Source of the DNA: Squalus acanthias
Taxonomy: Eukaryota
Reading direction: 5' to 3'
Assembly (NCBI GenBank): GCA_030390025.1
Contig: CM059429.1
Coordinates: 18,104,001 to 18,168,000 of the forward strand
DNA length: 64,000 nt
Shown here: one piece after another, positions 1 to 12,350 of the stretch
Layout of the letters: the number at the start of each line of letters is the position of its first letter
Numbering within the stretch: position 1 is the first letter of the stretch
Position numbers and translations under genes: made by a program
Notes under the pieces: generated by a model
What the model saw: only the letters and a program-made list of their open reading frames with translations
What the model was told of the DNA's origin: nothing
Databases searched by the model: none

Positions 1-3000
1 TCTTTAATTCATTTACGGACGATTTGAGTGTAATGAAAGTTGGAAGCGTATTTGGATCAATTTAAAACTGAGGCTTTGATCTCTTTGATGGGTTTCTACC
101 CTCTTATAAGTATCGGGGTTACAGGTATCAACATTGCAGTGTTTAATCACAGCCACATCCACTCGGACCGTTTCAGAAAAGCTTTCCAAAATTACAAACT
201 GTTTAACAACGATAGAGAGGTAATGTACAGAAGTTAGCAGAAATATATCTGTCGGTTTACTGTCGCCAAAATTAGTTGCTTGTGAAAAGCTGGCAGGAGG
301 AATGACCACAACTTTGAAAGTGTATTTCTTTTCCTCACAATCGTTCTGTATTTACACAGTGAGAAGACAGCCACATAACTTGTGGACCCATTTAAAACTA
401 AAGCTATCAGATTTTTAATATTTTCTGGCAATACCAATAAGGATATCGCTCAAATTTGTAGACTTCACAAGTATGTTTTTTGTAAATTGGTCTGTTGTTG
501 TAAAATATTTAAAATATTCGCAAAGATAGTGCTTTGCATTAGTTACACAAATACAACGGCGAGTTTAAACGTGCTTCTTGTTAGAGTAACCATTCTGCAT
601 TGATACAATCCTGTGCATATTATATAGAATGAATGGTGCAAGTTGTCTTGTTTCTAGTTTCTTTCCCTAGCACTTTAGAGTTACAGCCATACACTGGTTA
701 TAGGGGACACAGACCACGATGGCTATCTCCGCGATCAGCGTAGCAGGTAAATGAACGAGTCATATGGTATCCGTTTCTGAAATGGAATTGTGTTTGAAAT
801 CTCGCAATATCCTATATTATTGAGGTTCTATATGCAGTATGTTTACGTTGCGGCGATACTAAAGGTGTAACTAGTGACCTTAAATGAACTATAACTAGAG
901 GTGTATATAGGGTCCCCAGTTTTCTCCGCCATGGTGATAACTTGTTATCACACCCTAACTTCCTTCGATGGGAGAAAGTGTAAAGCATAGTGAAACAAAT
1001 GCTTCCTTCCGTCTAGTACCTCATGCCTGTAGAATACAACTATACTGCCTCGATACAGGTTCCCTAGCCTTTTATTACTTAAATTGTTATTACAAATATA
1101 TAATAGCATTCTTTTTATTTTAAAGCTGACGTTTGCAATATTGCACGTGTGCAAAGCAGGTATGATGTCGTTACTGAAGCATTGTCCAGGCAAAACCAAA
1201 CAATGCAATCAATAGGTGCTGCTTGAAGAATACTTTCAATAATGTCATTAACCAACCAACAGTCTAACGGTTATTGGTACATAAAATTAACATCGTCAGT
1301 TACTAGGGGGAGGGGTCTCTATGCGGCATCATATATAGGGCAAGTACAGAATAAACATTTTTTTAAAGGGAATAAATCGGCAATACAGTAAAGGTAAAGC
1401 GTAACCCTGCTTTCAGTTCTTTAACTTGCACCACACTGATGATGCTAATTAACCGCAGTGTATCATTCAGTATGTTATAGTTACTACGTTTCTTTAATCT
1501 GGGATAGTATTCTTGTTTAATTCTTGTTTCTTAATAGGAACTGTTTGCATATTTTGCACATAAACATGCTACACGACTTTTTCTTAATCAAAATTCTTTA
1601 ACTAAACATTTACAAATGCATCTCGATGAAGGCAGAATGCACCGAATTCTAGCAACATATATGATTACTAATGTAAATCACACACAGCTTGTGTGTGTGG
1701 AGTAAATCCTAGCAATTCATAAACTAGCCCATTCTATTTTGCATTTTTGTGAATGTTATTGCAGGTTTCGTGTTCCTCGATTTTATTTTAAGTTTTTTTT
1801 TGGATGATTGAATGGGGAAATCATTGCCCTTCCCCAGAAATGTAATTGGATCATAGTATTTGTTGACAACGTTCTCAGATTAAACCTTATGATTTAAACT
1901 GCAAACATGCACAAACCCATACACATACAACCAAGGCAAATTAATCTGTAGTAAAAATGAAGTATTTCCTTGTTCATTACGCTAAACGTTTGGTGGGAGG
2001 GTTGAAAGGTACAAGTATAACGCATGGAATCTTGGGAATCTAAATAACAAGGCTTCTAGCTGTTTTTTCAAATCGAGTTTGTGATTAAAAAGGGCTTATG
2101 AAAATATTGCATTAAAACAACGCCAGAGTTGAGCTTCAGTAAAAAGAAAGGGTTTTCCCTAAACTGCTTTATCTCAACGCGTTTCTCGAAAACAAATTTC
2201 GCGAGAAAATAATTTAATTTGGAATTTACACTGCTCAGTTGTAATATAACCAAAGCGAATACCACGCCTATTTGTTGCATTTCTAATAGTTTTTTTTTCC
2301 GCTGGGCTTCACTCTGCACTAGGGTTTAATCAAGGTTCCTTAGCATCTCTGTTGGACTTCTTTAGTGTTGATCCTGTAGTCTGCAAACCTGGAATTCTGC
2401 AATAATTTCCTGTTTATAATGGGGTACAGGAAGCTGTGAACTGCCCGCCATAAGAGGGGTATAACGTCTGCCTCGTGTTATTCTGTGACATCTTAATCAC
2501 ATAGAGAAATATCCTGTCGATATCAAAAGTAGTAGTAACACGCTAATTTCTGGAGCATTTAGTTTGGGGCAAAATATAAACCATATTTAGAGCAAAAAAA
2601 AACTTTCTACACTTTATCAACGTTTACAATCTTTGCAAATAAATTAAACGATAGGCTGGGAGGATCAATTACGTAAAATGGAAAGGTAAACCAAAGAACC
2701 TTCACCTTAACTGTATCTTTAGATATTAGTGTACACATTATGGTACCGTACACATTCTATACTTAACCTAAAGTACAAAACTCTCCATCTGGTTAAATAA
2801 CGTTGACAATGAAGGATCAGCAACGTGATCGCAATGTATATTTCAAATGAAGAGTATTGTTTTCTCAAAAGTCTGTTGTAATGAAATAGTCTTCCTTTCT
2901 AAGTCTTATATTTCAACAACATTAAATAATATAGCAAAAGTCAGAGGTCCATGTAACGTTATGTGTAATAAACGTATACTTGTATAGTATATTGCACTCA

Positions 3001-5879
3001 CTCACAAGCTGTAAATTGGTTATTTTACAATACGATTACTTAGGAGTTTCTATTACACTGTGTTTACGTTTTGGGAAACATTTATATATTGCAACGTGCG
3101 TAAGCACTGTGTCCTTTTCTAGGGACTGTCACTTGCGACTGAGAAATTGCTCGAAAGACAACGGACAAACTGACACCAAGGTGGGGGCTTAACCAGGTAA
3201 TGCAGCAGCACATGTACAAATCCCAGTCTAAGCCTGCAGTGTGAAGCCCTGGAGGCTGAAATACAAACGTGTCAACACTCACAGATCCACATTACATTCT
3301 TCTCTATTACACGTTAGAGCTTTGGGTGAAAAATAACTCCAAATCGTGCTGGTTATTAACTCAGTTTTTGATTCCGAGTGATGGTCTGAGACAGGGGTTC
3401 AACATTATGGCAGATGTAAATAATATGGGCATAAACAGAAAGGAAAATGCCAGCAATTGAAACACTTATTGTAGATAATGAGAAAAATATACTGCGTTAT
3501 GCAGCTTTTAATGCAACTTTAATCTAGCCTTCGTTGTACAGCATTAAAATATTCTAAAGCCTTTACTACCTACATTTGAAATGACTACTCAATAGTGAAT
3601 ATGAGTTAATTACATTTTTTGCATTATCTGAATGGCGTGTCTTCAGCTAATTTACGTTTTGGGGTTTAGTGTTTACAAATTCAGCGAGCCCTTCATTATA
3701 TTTAACTTGCTACGACTGCAGAGAATTGTTTTGAACAACTGTGTGATCTTTTTTTCCCACCGCCATACCCCTACCCCTCCCCCACGTGTTCTCATCTGAT
3801 CATACTTTTTTTTAACCATTTTTCTTTCTTGTTCGGAGTGTTTGCCTGTCTCTGGATATGTTCCTCGCACATATATAGCATTGCCTACGTCTTTCTGCTT
3901 CTTATTTTTCTCCCACCTTAAATTTGCACTTTCTCTTCCCCCCCCCACCCACCCCCCCCCCCCCCCCCCCCACCAATCCCATAAATTTCTGCCCACGCTA
4001 TTGCTCCCACCTCCCTTTCAAAAACCTACCTTTTTCTCTTTCTTGTATTGTAGGTCTGCTGTGCGCTAGACTGCAGGCTTCAAGCCCTGTCGCAGATCAG
4101 CTTAGGACGGCGGCCTAAATCCACGGATATCGCAGCACCAGGTTTCCGTTCCCCCTTTAGCTCTCTTGCTGAACAATCTAAAGGGCTACAACGTACATAT
4201 TTGAGTTAGTAGCCCGTTTTGTCATTCTCCTCCTCCCTGAAAAATAAAGTCTAAACTACTTTTTACGTACATGGCGAGATGGTTAGACAGACGTATGTAC
4301 TCAGGACGAGTTAAACCGACGATGTGCACTGAGGACAAGTTACAGTTGCAGACATAAGACTATATATTGGGAGGAGGGATTGTGGCTAGCAGTACGTTCT
4401 GGTATTAGAAGAAAAATATGAAAACGTGAGGCTGATATTGCGAGCGGAGTTCGGTCTAAACAGCCTCTCATTCATGTGTGTACGGAGACGCATACAAGCC
4501 ACTGGCAATCTATCATTGCGCTATCTTTCTCTATGCCTCCCGATAGTCCACTACAGTTTACTTTTTTCTCCCCCAGCGATGCGAGTTTCCAATTCGCAGA
4601 TTACACAGTGTTTATAGATTCTCGAGGCACGGTGTCGGATCGCCTTCACAGACTGTGTCTTGGAATTGGAAACACGTTTTTTTTTAAAAACTGCAATGCA
4701 CGTTTGCATCCATGTGATGCAGGCGGTAATTCAAATCTCTTGACAATCTGTCGAAACAAAGTATTGAAACAAAAAAAAACTTGCCAAGCCTAAGAAAATA
4801 AAAGTATCTCCCCGCCCCATCCCACACCCCTCCACGAGAGCCACAACTTCCCCGGATTTTGACTTACAGAATTACCAACCCGGGACTGCAGGCAAGGGAA
4901 CTCAGTAAGTTCGTACATGCTGAGCAAAGTTTCAGACTCAGTCTCGGGGAGAGAAAAAAAAAGTTAACAGATGCCTTTGACTGGGGATCTCTTTGATCGT
5001 CTGCGCCGCTAAGAACAACCAGCCGTCTGATTTTGTCAAAAAAACATAACACGCCTGGAAGTCGGCTGGTGTCAGGAGAGATAAAAATCACTAACTAATT
5101 TCCCGCCTGAGCATAACAGGCCATAACCTCATTTTCAGTTCAGTGCTGTCTGTGCCTTCCTTCTTTCCCACAAAAAACTAAATTCTTGCATAAGCCGCAG
5201 GAGCTGGTGTGGATAAATAAAGGGGTGTGCGGGGCACGGTGCGAGATATTACTAAGTAGATGGCCGGCTCGATGGAAGGATAAACTTTCCAACGCTTCCA
5301 ACTGTATATTTGTTCGTGAAACAAACACCCCATAAATTATCAAATCCTGCTGCAATACACTTTTTCGCTGTCCTCTTCAGCCTGATAGACGGTTCCATAT
5401 CAATACCATCATAAAAGTGCGAGTAGATGTCTATTAATAAGCAGCGGATCTAATTTAATTTCATAATGTAAGGAAACTTTAAAAATATATAGATAGATAA
5501 ATAATTAAGGAGTAACCTTCACCAGAACCGTTAAATCCTGTCCCAATCCATCGTTGGTTGATGGATCTTATTGTCTTCCCCCTCCCCTCAACACTCCAAG
5601 AAATGAATTACAAAATGATCAAGTGTCTAACGTAGAGGGTAAAAAAACACTAAACATTCACTCTTTGCGGTAAAAAAAAATCCCGCTCAGATCAACTTTT
5701 AAAATCTGCATTGTTGTTATTTAAGGAAAAGTGGCCTTCAGCAGCAGAAAATCTGTTAAAACGAGCTTACAAAACAGTTACAAGGTTTTGCTAATAAAAT
5801 TAGTATGTTGCAAGAAACCAACAAAACAAAACCCACATCCTGCAGCCAAAAAAGACTTTTCTGTGTTCTCTTCAACACC

Positions 5880-6169
5880 CCTCTCCCCCCCCCCACCCCC
5901 GGTGTAATACGCATGTGCCCTGACTGGGGTCCGTAACTGGCGCTGTCAATCATCGGAAACTGACCAATGAGATTGCGTGTTGCTCGCGGAGCTCGACGGG
6001 CTGCAAAGCTGTTCATGAATCTCAATTCAGTTTCTCAATGCGTCCTGCTGCTGCTATCCGTCTGCACTCTCTACACCGAATGGCTATCCACGTTGGCAAA
6101 GAGCGAGTTTCTAAAGTTCGGTAACTTAAAAAAAAAGTTTCTTTTATTATTTTCCTGCTGTCAGGCATT
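5880..6169 (+). promoter_or_regulatory. Proximal CpG-rich promoter/5' leader of zic4 with CCAAT box
   Basis: CCAAT at 5964-5968, adjacent CAAT-like motifs (5947, 5971), CGGAA at 5954, a C-rich tract at 5877-5900 and a local CpG cluster just upstream of the ATG. Confidence 0.55.
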
Positions 6170-7331
6170 ATGAGCATGGATGCTTTGGGGAGTCCGATGA
6201 TGGACCCATCATTCGCCAAAAGAAACCCAGCGCTGAGATTAGTAGATTTGGCAGGAGCTCACCACCATCATCATCACCATCCCCCTCAGAGTATGACAGG
6301 CTTCCCGGGGCTCAGCGGCCATCCCCACTCAATGGCACACACGCACCCTGGGGAGAGTACTGGAGAACCCCGCCTGGGGCCGAGTCCATTCGGGCCTGAA
6401 CACATGGGGCACCCTGCAGCCGCTGCTGCGCTTAAACTCAGCCCAACCCATCCCCACCACCATCACCACCATCATCATCACCATCATATGGCAGGCCACG
6501 CTGAGGTTGTCTCCAATCCAACGGCAGCTTTTGGCCCAGCGCAGGCAGCAGCAGCAGTCAGTTACTCGGTCTCGCACTCCCACGCCAGCTATACTGCCCA
6601 GGCTATCTCGGCAGGTAGAGACTTCCTCATCCGCAGAGATCTGACATCCTCAGTCATGCCTGGGCTCACTGATCAATATCCTGGCACAAGTTCTCACCAC
6701 GGAATGTTTGTATCAACAACAGGTAGCTACCCCGGACACCATGGTCACCCCGAGGCTGGAAGCCACTCTTTATTCCCTGGACTCCATGATCAGGCTCCCC
6801 ATGCAGCCCCAACTGGACACCATCTGAACGGACAGTTAAGACTGGGGCTACCTGGAGACATGTACGCCAGGTCTGAGCACTACAGCCAAGTGGCAAGTTC
6901 CAGGAGTGATCCCTTTGCCTCTTCCCCTCTACATGGCTACGGTGGCATGAATATTAACATGAACTTAACTGCCCACCACGGTCCAGGTGCATTCTTTCGC
7001 TACATGAGACAACCCATCAAGCAGGAACTGATCTGCAAGTGGACTGAACCGGACCCTGTCACTAAAAAGCCATGCTCAAAAACTTTTAGCACGATGCACG
7101 AACTGGTTACTCACGTAACAGTGGAACACGTTGGGGGACCAGAGCAGTCGAATCATATCTGCTTCTGGGAAGAGTGTCCAAGAGAGGGAAAGGCTTTCAA
7201 AGCCAAATATAAACTTGTAAATCACATCAGAGTCCACACTGGCGAGAAACCATTCCCCTGTCCATTCCCTGGCTGCGGCAAAGTCTTTGCCAGATCAGAA
7301 AATCTCAAGATCCACAAAAGAACTCACACAG
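6170..7331 (+). CDS. zic4: Zic4 zinc-finger transcription factor, first coding exon (poly-His tracts, ZOC-like motif, ZF-NC region, ZF1-ZF3)
   Basis: ATG at 6170. The N-terminus [37 protein letters not shown] is typical of fish Zic4. [14 protein letters not shown] is the Zic ZF-NC motif and is followed by Zic fingers up to KIHKRTHT. A phase-1 donor ACAG|GTCAGT lies at 7331/7332, the conserved Zic intron position between ZF3 and ZF4. Confidence 0.96.
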
Positions 7332-10300
7332 GTCAGTATTTTCGAAGGATCATTAATCCATTTTTATTTCATTTTCGGTGTACAAAGTTAATAAAATAAT
7401 GTTTTCGGTTTAATACCGGTGGGAATTCAATCCAAATGCTCAGCGAAGCTGGGCTTTATGTGGCTTGGAAAATAGCCTATTTTTTACAGTATTTCTATAA
7501 ATCACACAGCTCTGAGAACTTTGTAATGTTGTGGATCATAAATAATTAATAATATTTTAGCTGTAAACGGTCTTCCGGTTACAGATAATAAAGCTGCCCT
7601 GATTCAATTTCTACCGAAATTAAAAGCCACTAGATTTCTTCCTTTCAGTTGCAGTTAAAGGTTGTTACAAAACATGACACTCGGATCTGTGCGAACACTG
7701 TTTTGACGTTAAGTAGGGTTCAGTGGAAGCTTTTGCAGATGATTTAGAATTATTAAAGAGTAGAATACATTGTCTATTTTGTTCTGTTGTTTTTTGTTAG
7801 GATCCACGCACGTAACTATTATTTTTAATCATTGTATGTTGTATCTGTACTGCAAGTGTGTATGTGCTGAGGGTAATCTACTGGCCTTAATATTTAAAAA
7901 AAAATCTAAACATGTTATAGGCCTAAGACTAATGAAAACAAATGTGCAGGCCTACGTTTCGAAAAATGTCATTTGCAGAACCATTTGTGAAACTGGGACA
8001 TGTGTCAAAAACATCTGCTAGCTCCACTTAGCAGCGAGTAAACTGAGTCGATCGAAGCTTATTCAAAGCTACATTTGAACTTCCCAAGCCAGAGTAATTT
8101 ATAAGTAATGAAACCGCACTTATAAAATTTTCACACTCCCTGGAACAGCCTCTATTAATTGGTTTTACAGCAGCGGTTCGATACTTGCTCCTTGTATTGT
8201 AGTCTGCCTTGAGCGCGGCCTTGCTCGGCTACAAGACATTGCAGGGAAATGTAGATCTGAAAAATTCCCCACCGAGTTACTCCTTAAACGTTGGACATTT
8301 TTCAATGTTATGATCCATTCTGTGTTAGCAAAACGTGTTTTCTTGGTTGGTTTCCTTTACGTCTCGAGTATAGTTGGCGGAGGGGAGGATGGGGAGGAGG
8401 GGGTTGGGGGGGGGGGGGGGGGGGCGGAGGGGGAAGATTCTCCGTGAAATCAGTAGACACAATTTAACCCGAGGCACTTTGCTTCACTGAAACTTGTAAA
8501 CTCTTCCCAAACTGTCCGCTTGCGTTCTTTTCTTCGTTCTGCCTCAATTATCTGCTGTATTTAGTCGCTCCATAATTGTGCCATGTTGGTTGGCTTTTTA
8601 TTGGAATCGAAGTGTATTTTCAATGTACATCGGATCACGAGGTGGTTTGTAGGCCTTTTTATAGGTATAATCCTGGTTACATTTTGAATTCAAAACATAA
8701 TTTTCCCTTTACAGTATAAACTAAACATCGCCGATGGCGCCAATAAATTGAAGCGTATGGGTTAAAAAAACAAAATGCTTAGAGCATTGTTGTAGCAGAG
8801 ATAATGTGTAAAATGGATATTGCAAAAATATTTCACGTAATGATGATATTACGTTTAGTACTTTTAAATAGTCTAACGTATAATACATATAAATGCATGT
8901 GTTGTGGGTGCAGAATAGGCACACTGACTGTGCGTATCTGACACTTGATAGCATTGTATTGTGCTTGCCTAAACAAACTTTCCCAGCACTTCATCGACTT
9001 CAGTTCAGCAGTTTAGAGTGCTGAGCACTTAATTTACAAGAGCAATTCATTCGACCGGCCGTATTGCTATTTATTTAAAAATAATATAGTAACCAATAAA
9101 GGAGCTGTGTGTTTAGTAGCGTCGAATGCTTACACATTCCCATATTTCAGTTAAATAGCGATCTCCATATGTTGCAATTAATCACTGTAATTGTGATAAA
9201 TATTGCATTTCTCTTTCAGTTTAAAATTGCAAACACTAATGTTACTAAATTCTTAAATAAAAAATAGCAAGTATAGTAATTCTATTAACAAAGTAATTAT
9301 CTTGTAAAATATTCATGCCGTTTGATTGGCTTCAGTCCTTTATAGGCAAATTTTATTGAATTGAAATCCCGTCCCTTTTACATTATTTATTTCAACAAGC
9401 ATGAAAAGATCGCCTCTGGGTAAACAGAGGCTTCAGTAGTTTTGTCACCTCACTTATAAAATATTACCGTATAAAGTCTAAATCTAGAATTAAACATGGA
9501 TATTAAAAAGATTGATTAGAACGCGCAAACAGCTTGTAGAGTTTATCACCAGGTAGCCATTTTTTTCTAAGTTATCCAATGCAAAGTTTAAATTCAATTT
9601 CAGGGAGGCTTTTTTCGACTTATTTATTTTAGCCAGGACTAAGCTAACTGGTGAGATGACACTTAACAAGGATTGGTCGCAGTTAATCTTACATTACTCA
9701 CTCCTTTATACACAGCATTAATAGTAAAGAAGGAGAAATGTGTAGCCAGGAGGAGTTTAGAGCTCTCGGGAATTGGCAGAGCAGACTTCATGCTCGTAGT
9801 GTCGGACGCTCCAGACACGGCACAATAACAGTGTTTATGAGTCTGGGCTTCCCCATGGGTCCACTAACTTACTACTAGCTTGTACTACACTAATATCGTT
9901 GATTGGTCGTCTCAACCTAGCAAGTGAAGGTCAAATTATTCTAACGGCTTTCTGAACGTTTGGCTAATTACGGTGTAATATTAAATCGACATTTTGAGAG
10001 TTCGGTGAAGGGTCTCTGTTGTAAAGCACGTAGCTTTGCACTGTAGCCGCATTGTTTTACATTTACCACAGATAGTGTTTTTAAAATCTTAGATTTAATG
10101 ATGTTGCAATGTTTTATTAGAATAGTCATAATTAAAGTTTTTTTAAAAAAGTTTGTTATTCCCCACTCCTGCTGTTTCAGAAATCCATTGTAAGCCACTA
10201 TGAGCAAGTGACTGCTGTTTAGGCCTTGGCGTTAAACACTGCTTTAACTTTACTAACAAGGATAAACTATTACTGCACACCGTATCTGCAAGAACGTGCC

Positions 10301-10478
10301 TGCAGCATATCACTGCAATATGAATTCCTCAATTAGCTAATTTAATATTTTATTGAAACGTGTGTTAGCGGTTACGTTGTAGTTTTAATAGTGGAGGATA
10401 ATACCTTAATGTTAATAATGAATGATAATACCTTAACGTTTGTGACTCATCACTCTGCCCCTTGTGGTTTTCTTTTAG
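7332..10478 (+). other. zic4: zic4 intron (3147 nt, GT-AG, phase 1)
   Basis: GTCAGT donor and polypyrimidine-AG acceptor join the two ORFs in frame at the HTG linker. Confidence 0.93.
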
Positions 10479-10915
10479 GAGAAAAACCCTTCAAATGCGA
10501 GTTTGAAGGCTGTGACAGACGTTTTGCTAACAGCAGCGACAGGAAAAAGCACTCTCATGTGCATACAAGTGACAAGCCCTATAACTGCAAAATAAGAGGC
10601 TGTGATAAATCGTACACGCACCCCAGTTCCCTTCGTAAGCACATGAAGGTCCACTGCAAATCTCCTCCTCCCAGCTCGGGCTACGAATCCTCCACCCCTT
10701 CGCTGGTATCTCCTTCTTCGGACTCAGGCCGGGACCCCCCGGCTTCAGCCTCCCAGCTTGACCCCATCACATCTTCCCACGCAGCTAACCTGAGCGAATG
10801 GTATGTGTGTCAAAGCACAGGAGCAAGTGGTATTCCAACACCTCCAAGCAATTCTTCATCACCTGGACCAGGAGAGCACGCTTACAGAAACTCTGACCCC
10901 AGAACTATTCACTAA
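10479..10915 (+). CDS. zic4: Zic4 second coding exon (ZF4, ZF5, C-terminus; long unspliced-tail form)
   Basis: Acceptor ttttcttttAG|GA at 10477-10478 restores HT-G-EKPF. The exon encodes [32 protein letters not shown]...[28 protein letters not shown], and SPPPSSGY is Zic4-diagnostic. Stop TAA at 10913-10915. Joined CDS is 1599 nt = 532 aa. Confidence 0.95.
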
Positions 10916-12350
10916 CCAGGAACCTAAGGCCACTTGGACATGCATCCACAATAAGAAATATTGACTAAGTCTTTGTTCCTATGATGTTTGCAATGCCATA
11001 CTCTCTGCAGCATTTGACTTGAGGAACTACTTGAGTTTCTGGAGGCCGAGCGCCTAGGAAACGTGAAAAATGATGTAATGCACTGGCATACAAAAAAGAT
11101 AAAGACATGTATTAAAGAGAAAGTATCCCTAATTGTAATCTTACACAAGTTGCAGTTAATAGTCAAGAACTACGCATCTTGAACAACACAGCATCACTTA
11201 CAAATGCTCCCCACCATATAGTATTGTTTTCATAAAATGTTGTATAAAGAAAATCGTTGTTCGATTTATCGTTATTATTTTTCTCTCTTGTGGAAAAAAA
11301 TACACTGCTATATCGATTTGTTAAGAAAGTATGTTGCATTTCTTTTTGAAAGCCAGAAGGGTGTTAGAAGATATTCTGTACACCTGATGTGAATAGTAAT
11401 GAACAAAGGCCTTTGTAGGCCGAAACAAAATGGATACTGTCTCTTTAAAAGCCTGCCTAGCCTTTGACTTTGTTTAAACATTTCTGCAAACTACATTTTC
11501 GTGTTAGACATTTTTGCAGAATAAGCCTGTAAAAACATATAAATATTGGTATTGACATATACAGCGTACGTCTGTGTTAAGTATTTCGTTTCTTTTTCTG
11601 TTTTGTTTTCCTTGAAATAATTTATTTAAAATGTTACAATAAAACACATTTTGTATAAATGAACCAAAGTGTTTTATTACAGGGCGATTAGACAGTGTAC
11701 ATTTTTTTCTTAGATTATTTTAAATAATTAGCGTGTGTTCTGTAAATTATAGTGTTTTATAAATGGAGGTTTGACTATGTAGGATCATTTTCTTTCTGTA
11801 TTTTTGATCCTGTTTTGATATACATGGGTACTGGTTTGTAATAAATTGATAATAATAGAAATACTGTTTAAAAACTTTTAGAAATGGACCCATTTGTTGT
11901 TAATATGTATAGTAAAGCATTGGTTCTGTCTTATCTCTGTGACATATATATTTAACCACCACTAAAGAGCAAGCTCTAACTCATTGACTTGGTCTAATTT
12001 TTTTTGTAGTCAGGAGCAACACACATTTTAGTACTTTTGTTTTACGCTACAAGCACGATTTTTTTTAAAAAGCGCATTCTCGTTAAAATGTAACATCGGC
12101 GAAGCACATTTTTTTTGTGGAACCCTTAAAAATAGTTGGTGAAAAAGTTGTAAGACCGAGGTATTGTTACGGTGAAATCCTACTGTTTAAGCAGAAATCG
12201 TTGGAATGTGTACTGAAACCACTTTGTATTTTGCCAATGTACGAATGAACTGTGCATAGTTTATAATTGTATTGTCAAAAACTCACAAGTAAATGCGTCT
12301 TGTAAAAAAATAAATTTTGTAAAATAAAATAAAAAATGGTTGTTTGTTAC
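10916..12350 (+). other. zic4: zic4 3' UTR of the long-tail isoform with several poly(A) signals
   Basis: AU-rich sequence after the stop. AATAAA at 11638, 11840, 12309, 12323 and 12328. The last cluster is followed by a GT-rich tract (tggttgtttgtt). Confidence 0.6.

Noticed and set aside
6121-6164. 44-nt GT-AG micro-intron in the 5' UTR
   Set aside because: Too short for a typical vertebrate intron. The acceptor more plausibly pairs with a distant donor.
7332-7399. C-terminal tail GQYFRRII... of the 409-aa ORF
   Set aside because: This is read-through into the intron past the conserved donor at 7332.
10391-10478. N-terminal MEDNTLML... of the 174-aa ORF as a separate gene
   Set aside because: It has a GTG start in intronic sequence, and the repeated peptide comes from a 27-bp duplication. 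The real exon starts at 10479.
6170-10915. Assignment as zic1, zic2, zic3 or zic5
   Set aside because: The N-terminus, HSHVH in ZF4, the SPPPSSGY tail and the absence of the Zic1-3 second intron fit Zic4. No zic1 coding sequence is seen in the window.
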